Source: a virus
Direction: 5' to 3' (one strand)
DNA length: 32,403 nt
IMG/VR virus record: IMGVR_UViG_3300027798_000005
Span: 1-32,403 of that record
This document shows positions 25,832 to 31,680 of the stretch, in pieces. The notes beneath the pieces were generated by a model. It did not search any database. It worked only from the letters and a program-made list of their open reading frames with translations, and was not told where the DNA came from. Position 1 is the first letter of the stretch; every line of letters begins with the position of its first letter. The position numbers and the translations under genes are program-made.

Positions 25832-26500
25832 TTAAAATAATTCAATTTGTTTACTTTCTTTTTTATTTATAATTCCTAAAGCGGTTTCAAAAATAGTTCT
25901 TCCAGCTTCATAGTCTACCAGGTTACGAGCCATTTTTAAAATTAGCTGTTTGCCTTTATATTTTCTAAAATCGTAATCGTGAAAATCGCATAAATCTTGT
26001 AACCTTGATGCTTGTACTAATGAAGTATCGTTTCTATTACTCAATATATTTGGAAATTTAAAGTTACTCCAATATGTATGCCTATCTTTTTGTATAGGAT
26101 TAAACATAGGCTCATAATATGGATTCACATTTTCAACAACCCATTTACCAAAAAAATGATATTTTAAAAAAATAACCTCTTCATAGAGTTTCATATCTGG
26201 ATAAACAGGTTTTAAACCATTTTTTCCAAAACCCCAATATCTTGCCTTACTATGGCTCGGACAAGGTGGCGAACTCCAAATAAAATCAAACTCTTTGTAA
26301 TGGTCAAGTAAATATTTGTGTGCATCTGCAACTATTACTTTATCATTTGGAAATCGTTCTTGATACAATTGAGCTGCTACCTCATCTAATTCAACAGCAA
26401 TCACTTCAATTTCTATTCCTGCTTGTTTTGCAACTTCATCCCATTTATATCTATTACCACCTAAACAGGCATATAAGTTCAATATTTTATATTTTTCCAT
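25832..26500 (-). CDS. DNA (cytosine-5) methyltransferase, unusually short (222 aa)
   Basis: Motif I LYACLGGN, motif IV SSPPCPSHS (catalytic PC) and motif VI VVENV are present. Confidence 0.7.
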   Translation of the reverse strand: MEKYKILNLYACLGGNRYKWDEVAKQAGIEIEVIAVELDEVAAQLYQERFPNDKVIVADAHKYLLDHYKEFDFIWSSPPCPSHSKARYWGFGKNGLKPVYPDMKLYEEVIFLKYHFFGKWVVENVNPYYEPMFNPIQKDRHTYWSNFKFPNILSNRNDTSLVQASRLQDLCDFHDYDFRKYKGKQLILKMARNLVDYEAGRTIFETALGIINKKESKQIELF

Positions 26501-26606
26501 TTCTTAATATTTTAAAATAAAGTTGATTTACTGATTCTTTATTGCAACCTCTTTTATAGTAGAAGTTAATTACTCTTTTTATTCTTTGTAGGTTTGATTG
26601 TTTCAT
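26487..26606 (-). CDS. Possible small basic ORF (39 aa)
   Basis: Hand-translated as MKQSNLQRIKRVINFYYKRGCNKESVNQLYFKILRNGKI. It starts 1 nt after the upstream MTase stop and overlaps the C5-MTase start. Confidence 0.35.
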   Translation of the reverse strand: MKQSNLQRIKRVINFYYKRGCNKESVNQLYFKILRNGKI

Positions 26607-26607
26607 T

Positions 26608-27417
26608 TTAAAATAAAGTTTCTTGTTTCTGATTAATTAATGTTTTTGCAAATCCATATTCTTCAATATCTTTTAGTTTCTGATATTCCTCATCAATCCA
26701 ATTTGAAGATAATTTATGAAAATCTTTTTTAATTTCAAAACCAAAAGCACGCCTTTTCAATTCTTGTGCAGCTATTAAGGTGCTGCCACTTCCAGCGCAA
26801 GGGTCGATAACTACATCGCCTTCATCACTAAAAATTTTAATTAGATTTTTTAAAACTTCTTGCGGTTTTTGAGTAGGGTGTATTTTTTCGCTATTTGTAT
26901 CACGAACCCAATCCATGCAATTAAAAATCATTTTACCTTTATTATTAAATTTTGGTAATTTTTCACGATATAATATTAATGCATATTCGCAATTACCTAC
27001 AACTTTCATATTAGCTTTTAAAACCTGTGCAGAGAAGTTTTTTCTAAATACTAAATTTATATAATGATTAAATCCGTATTTTTTAGCTTTTTCAATAAGT
27101 TCAAATTGTTGTTCAAATTCACAAAATACAATCATACAAGGGCTTTTGCCTTTTTCTTTTGGTTCTTTAATTAACATAGTTGAACAGAAATGTAAAAATT
27201 CTGTAATTCTAAAATCTTTATCAGTATCAAAAAATTCTTTCCCTGCAAGTTCACTTTCCCCATTTGAGTTATCTCCGTCTTTATACCAAGCTGGATTGCT
27301 TGCGTAAGCGTTATTTCCTAAATTATAAGGTATATCTGCTATTACAAGTTGCGCTTTTGGTATAGCGTATGTTTTAAAATTTTGGAAATGGTTGTTAAAT
27401 ATTTGTGCTTTTTTCAT
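26608..27417 (-). CDS. N6-adenine / N4-cytosine DNA methyltransferase (beta class)
   Basis: Motif IV IADIPY (DPPY-type) precedes motif I VIDPCAGSGSTLIAA. Confidence 0.85.
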   Translation of the reverse strand: MKKAQIFNNHFQNFKTYAIPKAQLVIADIPYNLGNNAYASNPAWYKDGDNSNGESELAGKEFFDTDKDFRITEFLHFCSTMLIKEPKEKGKSPCMIVFCEFEQQFELIEKAKKYGFNHYINLVFRKNFSAQVLKANMKVVGNCEYALILYREKLPKFNNKGKMIFNCMDWVRDTNSEKIHPTQKPQEVLKNLIKIFSDEGDVVIDPCAGSGSTLIAAQELKRRAFGFEIKKDFHKLSSNWIDEEYQKLKDIEEYGFAKTLINQKQETLF

Positions 27418-27572
27418 CTTTTCAAATCGTATTTAATTACTTCTTTTAGTTTCGGGTCTGTATTATTTGCCACTTCAATAGCTTTCAATCTGCTATCTTT
27501 TTGGATTTCGTAAGCGGTCGGTATTCTTTTACCTACTGCAACTATTGTTTTACGTTTGGATAATTTTCCCAT
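27414..27572 (-). CDS. Possible small basic ORF (52 aa)
   Basis: Hand-translated as MGKLSKRKTIVAVGKRIPTAYEIQKDSRLKAIEVANNTDPKLKEVIKYDLKR. It fills the 132-nt gap, and its stop overlaps the MTase start as ATGA. Confidence 0.4.
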   Translation of the reverse strand: MGKLSKRKTIVAVGKRIPTAYEIQKDSRLKAIEVANNTDPKLKEVIKYDLKR

Positions 27573-28071
27573 ATTCTTTAAAATCTTCGTATGTCCATTT
27601 TGTATAAACTTTATCGTTTAAATAAGTTCGTTTTTTTCTTAAATTAATTGCCACTTCTAAAATGTGAGGTTTTTTAATTTTTGGCTTTATTTCATCTATT
27701 TTATTTTTACTTATTGTTACAATATTAGGTTTTGATAATCTTTTTACCTTTACTCTTGATGCATTGTAATCGTTAATTTCTTTGATTTTTGCTTCTAAAA
27801 ACTCATTTGATTTTTGAAGTAAAGACTTATCTTTATTTTGATAGCATTCTGAAATTAATTTGAAATAAATATCATCTTTATAACTATTGTAAGTTCTTAA
27901 AATATAAAATACACTGCTCCTATCTTTTTTAATATTTTTAGCTATTTCTACAATACTCATAGTTTCAATGTTTTCTTTTGCATAAATAGCTCTTAAATAA
28001 ATAAATAATTTATCACGTTTATTTGTTGTTATGTCTATTCCGTAAAATTCTTTAATTTCAAATGGTGTCAT
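27550..28071 (-). CDS. HTH protein resembling DnaA domain IV
   Basis: MSIVEIAKNIKKDRSSVFYILRTYNS resembles the DnaA C-terminal DNA-binding helix-turn-helix pattern. Confidence 0.35.
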   Translation of the reverse strand: MTPFEIKEFYGIDITTNKRDKLFIYLRAIYAKENIETMSIVEIAKNIKKDRSSVFYILRTYNSYKDDIYFKLISECYQNKDKSLLQKSNEFLEAKIKEINDYNASRVKVKRLSKPNIVTISKNKIDEIKPKIKKPHILEVAINLRKKRTYLNDKVYTKWTYEDFKEYGKIIQT

Positions 28072-28327
28072 CAGAGTTCATTTTAGATTCGTAAATGTGG
28101 TAAGTTTCAATAATTGTTTTCTCAATAATAGTAGTGTGCATTTTTCTTTGATATCCATTACTATCCAAAATTAATTCCATTTGTTCTTTTGAGTAGTATG
28201 GGATTCGTGCCTTTCCTATATTTTGTTTATGCACCTCTTTTATACCTAACTTATTAATTATTTTGTTTATCGAACTTCTATGCTTTTGAGCTTTATTAGC
28301 TATAAATTCAACTGTATAAAATTCCAT
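28058..28327 (-). CDS. Small HTH DNA-binding protein
   Basis: FIANKAQKHRSSINKIINKLGIK is an HTH-like segment. The gene overlaps both neighbours. Confidence 0.4.
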   Translation of the reverse strand: MEFYTVEFIANKAQKHRSSINKIINKLGIKEVHKQNIGKARIPYYSKEQMELILDSNGYQRKMHTTIIEKTIIETYHIYESKMNSDDTI

Positions 28328-28698
28328 TATTCTAATTCTAAAATTTTCATTACTTCTTCGGGACGTTTGGCATACTCTTTAAGTATTAAATCCATTTGGT
28401 AATAGTCAGTTAAAACTCTTTTACTCATAGTTTCAAAAAGATTTTCCATACTTTTAAATATTTCATCTACTTTCTGCGTATCTACTTCATCCATCTTTTC
28501 AAACTCTTTGCGCTCGGCATTGATTAAGATGTTAATACAAGGGCGTAAAACCTCTTTTAAACGCCCTTTATAATATTTACTATGCTTTAGTATTTCGTTG
28601 CAATGTAAAGCGTACTGATTAGCTAAAATTGACTTTGCTAATGCTGTATTGAATATTACTTCTAAATATTCTTTCTGTGTCATTTCTTTAGTTTCCAT
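28327..28698 (-). CDS. Hypothetical protein (123 aa from the first ATG)
   Basis: The track start at 28713 is a TTG. The ATG at 28696-28698 gives METKEMTQKEY... Confidence 0.5.
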   Translation of the reverse strand: METKEMTQKEYLEVIFNTALAKSILANQYALHCNEILKHSKYYKGRLKEVLRPCINILINAERKEFEKMDEVDTQKVDEIFKSMENLFETMSKRVLTDYYQMDLILKEYAKRPEEVMKILELE

Positions 28699-28807
28699 TT
28701 TTATAATTTTCAAAGAATTGATCCAATAATATTATTTCATTTGGTGTTAGCTCGTTAAATGATTTTCCGTTGACAAGCCATTTTCCTGCAATCAATTCAA
28801 TTCGCAT
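28688..28807 (-). CDS. Possible small ORF (39 aa)
   Basis: Hand-translated as MRIELIAGKWLVNGKSFNELTPNEIILLDQFFENYKNGN. It overlaps both neighbours. Confidence 0.35.
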   Translation of the reverse strand: MRIELIAGKWLVNGKSFNELTPNEIILLDQFFENYKNGN

Positions 28808-28947
28808 ATCTCTCTAATTTTTACAAATGGGTTATTGTGTCTAAATCTTGCAAATGCTTCATCAAAAGATGCAGCTTCGATTATCTTTTCGCAATCTATA
28901 CAATCGTCGTTTTTGTGACGCCAGTAATATATTTTAAATTTTTTCAT
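28792..28947 (-). CDS. Possible small ORF (51 aa)
   Basis: Hand-translated as MKKFKIYYWRHKNDDCIDCEKIIEAASFDEAFARFRHNNPFVKIREICELN. It fills an otherwise 220-nt gap. Confidence 0.4.
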   Translation of the reverse strand: MKKFKIYYWRHKNDDCIDCEKIIEAASFDEAFARFRHNNPFVKIREICELN

Positions 28948-29152
28948 AATTAAATAAATTATCTACGTATTCAATAGTTGTTGGTTCTCCTGTTGTTTCT
29001 TGCATTAAAAAGATAACGCTTTCAAATTTTAAGTTAGTCCAAGCGACCTCACTTTTCAATTCGCATATTAATTTTTTAGCTGTAAATCTGTAAGGGCAAG
29101 ATTTAAGTTTTGTTCTATTTTCCTTGCTTAATTTTTTCCAAAGTGTTTTCAT
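28934..29152 (-). CDS. Hypothetical early protein, tandem paralogue
   Basis: It shares MKTLW..LSKEN and ..WTNL.. with 29154..29375. Confidence 0.55.
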   Translation of the reverse strand: MKTLWKKLSKENRTKLKSCPYRFTAKKLICELKSEVAWTNLKFESVIFLMQETTGEPTTIEYVDNLFNYEKI

Positions 29153-29153
29153 G

Positions 29154-29375
29154 TTATTTGTTGTAAAAAAGTCCGTATAAAAGTGTTATAAAATCTTTAT
29201 CGTAAGCAGTTAAATCGTGAAGCATCGTATTTGAAGTTGATACTGTTAAATTAGTCCAGCCATAATTGTTTTTTAATTCTTCAATAATATTTTCATATAT
29301 TGAAGGATATTCTTTTTGATTTTCTAATAGTCTTAATTGATTTTCTTTTGATAATCGTTCCCAAAGTGTTTTCAT
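29154..29375 (-). CDS. Hypothetical early protein, tandem paralogue
   Basis: See 28934..29152. The two genes are separated by a 1-nt spacer. Confidence 0.55.
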   Translation of the reverse strand: MKTLWERLSKENQLRLLENQKEYPSIYENIIEELKNNYGWTNLTVSTSNTMLHDLTAYDKDFITLLYGLFYNK

Positions 29376-29491
29376 TATTTTTTAGTTTTAAAGATTAATA
29401 TTCCGCATATAAGCAATGCTCCAGACATTACAATAAAATTATCGGTACTCATTCCGATAGTTGCAACTGATAAAAAGATAATTGTTTTCAT
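29375..29491 (-). CDS. Small hydrophobic ORF (38 aa), first gene of the minus-strand early operon
   Basis: Hand-translated as MKTIIFLSVATIGMSTDNFIVMSGALLICGILIFKTKK. Its ATG is 21 nt downstream of a TACATTTG box, and there is a TAATG overlap with the next gene. Confidence 0.45.
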   Translation of the reverse strand: MKTIIFLSVATIGMSTDNFIVMSGALLICGILIFKTKK

Positions 29492-29512
29492 GTTTTAAAT
29501 ATTTTGATAGGG

Positions 29513-29520
29513 CAAATGTA
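29513..29520 (-). promoter_or_regulatory. Bacteroidota-type -7 box (TACATTTG on the minus strand), leftward early promoter
   Basis: The plus strand reads CAAATGTA, 21 nt upstream of the ATG at 29491. Confidence 0.55.
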
Positions 29521-29577
29521 AAACGAAAAAAGTTATAAAAAAAATTATTTTATACTTTTTTATTTAAAATATTTGTA

Positions 29578-29585
29578 TATATTTG
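29578..29585 (+). promoter_or_regulatory. Bacteroidota-type -7 box (TATATTTG), rightward promoter of the plus-strand block
   Basis: Read directly, 20 nt upstream of the ATG at 29606. It is divergent from the 29513 box. Confidence 0.55.
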
Positions 29586-29605
29586 CATAAATAAAATTAT
29601 AACAT

Positions 29606-29830
29606 ATGAAAAAAACAGCAGTAGAATGGTTAGTTGAGGAAATGTTAAAGCAAGGATATTTTGATGGTAATAAGCCATTAACATATACAAACTTAGATCA
29701 TTTACAACAACAAGTCAAAGAAATGGAAAAGCAACAGATTGTAGATGCTTATCAACAAGGCTACAATAATGCTTATTTTGCTAATCCATTAAATAAAGAA
29801 CAGTATTACAATGAAACTTTTAACAAATAA
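29606..29830 (+). CDS. Hypothetical protein (74 aa)
   Basis: First ATG ORF downstream of the rightward promoter. Confidence 0.55.
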   Translation: MKKTAVEWLVEEMLKQGYFDGNKPLTYTNLDHLQQQVKEMEKQQIVDAYQQGYNNAYFANPLNKEQYYNETFNK

Positions 29831-29833
29831 AAA

Positions 29834-30043
29834 ATGAACATTTTACAAAAATTAATTTCAGAAACCGCAAAGAATAATAACACCTTTGCTAAAATGGTAG
29901 GAGTAACTCCTTCAAAATTATCGTTACAGATTAAAAGTAAAAATCCAATGACTCCAGCTATTACATACGCTAAATTATTAAAAGTAAAATTAGAGTTTGA
30001 AGAAAATGGCTGTAAAGTTGAATTAGATTATAGTAAAGATTAA
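29834..30043 (+). CDS. Small HTH (Cro-like) protein
   Basis: TFAKMVGVTPSKLSLQIK is an HTH-like segment. Its stop TAA lies inside the TTAAC box of element E1. Confidence 0.4.
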   Translation: MNILQKLISETAKNNNTFAKMVGVTPSKLSLQIKSKNPMTPAITYAKLLKVKLEFEENGCKVELDYSKD

Positions 30044-30178
30044 CGTTTGTGGCTTTGTCGTCGTTGTGGCGATTTAAGACCAAACTTAACAAATAATAAC
30101 TAAATTATAAAATTATGACTGAACTTTCAAAAAATACCCAAGTGCCACAATGCGACAAAACCGCTGTTATGCACAGTA
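30038..30178 (+). repeat. Structured cassette-boundary element E1 (attC-like imperfect inverted repeat)
   Basis: The left arm GATTAAC-GTTT-GTGG-C-TTTGTCG-TCG-TTGTGGC (30038-30070) pairs with the right arm GCCACAA-TG-CGACAAA-A-CCGC-T-GTTATGCACAGTA (30144-30178), with a 73-nt loop between them. Confidence 0.8.
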
Positions 30179-30579
30179 TTTTACTTAAATATCTTCCCTA
30201 TGGTGTTTATTTTAATTGCCAATATGGTAGATTAAAACTTATTGGATATAATGGGAGATTTATTTTTGAAAATGGTGATTCTGCGAAAAATATAATTGAT
30301 TTAGGATATGTTCCTGAATTAAAGAACATAAATGATTTTCTTGTTCAGCAACAATTAAGTAAATTTTCAAGATATATTTTAGGAAAAAGAGAAGATTTAT
30401 ATTTCCACAAAATAACTTGGAAAAAAGGGAAAAATGGCTCATTAACTATAAAAATACCAAATAGAGATACAGGAGGTCATTTACAAATTACAACTTTTTT
30501 AGGTTATAATAAGAATATGACAGCAGAACATTATAATTGGTTTTTAGAAAATCATTATGATATATACGGAGTTCTATAA
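30115..30579 (+). CDS. Hypothetical protein (154 aa, or 136 aa from the ATG at 30169)
   Basis: The first 18 codons overlap the right arm of E1. An in-frame ATG lies inside the GTTATGC box. Confidence 0.55.
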   Translation: MTELSKNTQVPQCDKTAVMHSILLKYLPYGVYFNCQYGRLKLIGYNGRFIFENGDSAKNIIDLGYVPELKNINDFLVQQQLSKFSRYILGKREDLYFHKITWKKGKNGSLTIKIPNRDTGGHLQITTFLGYNKNMTAEHYNWFLENHYDIYGVL

Positions 30580-30725
30580 TATTGTGCATAACGTTTTGTG
30601 GCTTTGCGTTCGTTGGGGATTTCCAGCACTAAAGCCGATTGATAGTACAAATTTTAATTTAAGCAGAAATGATTATAGATAGCACTAAAGCCCCAATGAC
30701 GCAAAACCACTGTTATACGCAGCCC
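30580..30725 (+). repeat. Structured cassette-boundary element E2
   Basis: The left arm TATTGTGCATAAC-GTTTT-GTGG-C-TTTGCGT-TCG-TTGGGG (30580-30618) pairs with the right arm CCCCAA-TG-ACGCAAA-A-CCAC-T-GTTATACGCAGCCC (30691-30725), with a 72-nt loop. Confidence 0.85.
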
Positions 30726-31328
30726 TTTTCGGAAGTTTATAATGAAGATTGTATTGAAATAATGAAACGATATGAAGATAATTACTTTGATATTGCAATA
30801 GTTGACCCACCATACGGAATTGATATAAATTCAAGTGGCACACATTTTAAAGAAAAATACGAAATAAAAGAATGGGATAAAGCAACACCAAATGACGAGT
30901 ATTTTAAAGAACTAAAAAGAGTATCAAAAAATCAAATAATTTGGGGCGGTAACTATTTTTTAGACAGATTAGGAAATTGCAAATGTTTTATTATTTGGGA
31001 TAAAAAAATAGCTGAAGATATGAGTTTTGCAATGTGTGAAATGGCTTGGACTTCATTTAAAAATGGAGCAAAGATTTACAATAAAACTGCAACACAACTA
31101 AATAGAATACACCCGACACAAAAACCAATAGGACTTTATGATTGGTTAATTGATAGATATGCAGAAAAAGGGCAAATTATATTAGATACTCATTTAGGTT
31201 CTGGGTCAAGCAGAATTTCGGCAAATAAAGCTGGTTTATCATTTGTTGGTTGCGAAATTGATAAAGACTATTTCAATGCACAAGAAAAAAGATACAAAGA
31301 ATTTATTTCACAGACGAGGCTCTTTTAG
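30669..31328 (+). CDS. N6-adenine DNA methyltransferase (Dam-like, beta class)
   Basis: Motif IV IVDPPYGI precedes motif I ILDTHLGSGSSRISA. Both possible starts (30669 and 30696) lie inside element E2. Confidence 0.85.
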   Translation: MIIDSTKAPMTQNHCYTQPFSEVYNEDCIEIMKRYEDNYFDIAIVDPPYGIDINSSGTHFKEKYEIKEWDKATPNDEYFKELKRVSKNQIIWGGNYFLDRLGNCKCFIIWDKKIAEDMSFAMCEMAWTSFKNGAKIYNKTATQLNRIHPTQKPIGLYDWLIDRYAEKGQIILDTHLGSGSSRISANKAGLSFVGCEIDKDYFNAQEKRYKEFISQTRLF

Positions 31329-31473
31329 GGTTGCGTATAACGTTTTGACGCTTGGCGATGTGGCAAAAAAAGTACACCCGAATTGTCGAATTATTACTGG
31401 TGCATAAGGTACAAAACCAATTATAAATTAAGCCAGATGTTGCCATATTGCCAAACGGCTGTTATGCAATCGG
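31328..31473 (+). repeat. Structured cassette-boundary element E3
   Basis: The left arm GGGTTGCGTATAAC-GTTTT-GACG-C-TTGGCGATGTGGCA (31328-31365) pairs with the right arm TGCCATATTGCCAA-A-CGGC-T-GTTATGCAATCGG (31441-31473), with a 75-nt loop. Confidence 0.85.
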
Positions 31474-31491
31474 TTTTTAAAATTATGAATT

Positions 31492-31680
31492 ATGAAAAAA
31501 TACGAATACAGAATGATTGATTATGATATGTTTGATGAAGATATGTCAAGAGAAATTGAAGGTCTAACTTCTCGTGGTTGGAAAATTATAAGAATATTAG
31601 AACCTATGAAATGGGTAAATAGCGAAGGAATGTTTATTAGAATATTTTATCAACGTAAACGTTCTGAAACTGTTGCATAA
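31492..31680 (+). CDS. Small protein resembling DUF4177 (62 aa)
   Basis: The YEYRMIDYDMF....LTSRGWKIIRILEP pattern. The ORF lies wholly between the E3 right box and the E4 left box, and its stop TAA is inside GCATAAC. Confidence 0.5.
   Translation: MKKYEYRMIDYDMFDEDMSREIEGLTSRGWKIIRILEPMKWVNSEGMFIRIFYQRKRSETVA

Noticed and set aside
29531-29545. A possible degenerate leftmost right-box (AAAAC-GAAAAAA-GTTATAAAA) that would make 29606..30043 a fourth flanked cassette
   Set aside because: Beyond GTTA it is not complementary to the E1 left box (AGATTAAC), and there is no inner arm. It is probably a chance resemblance in the A-rich promoter region.
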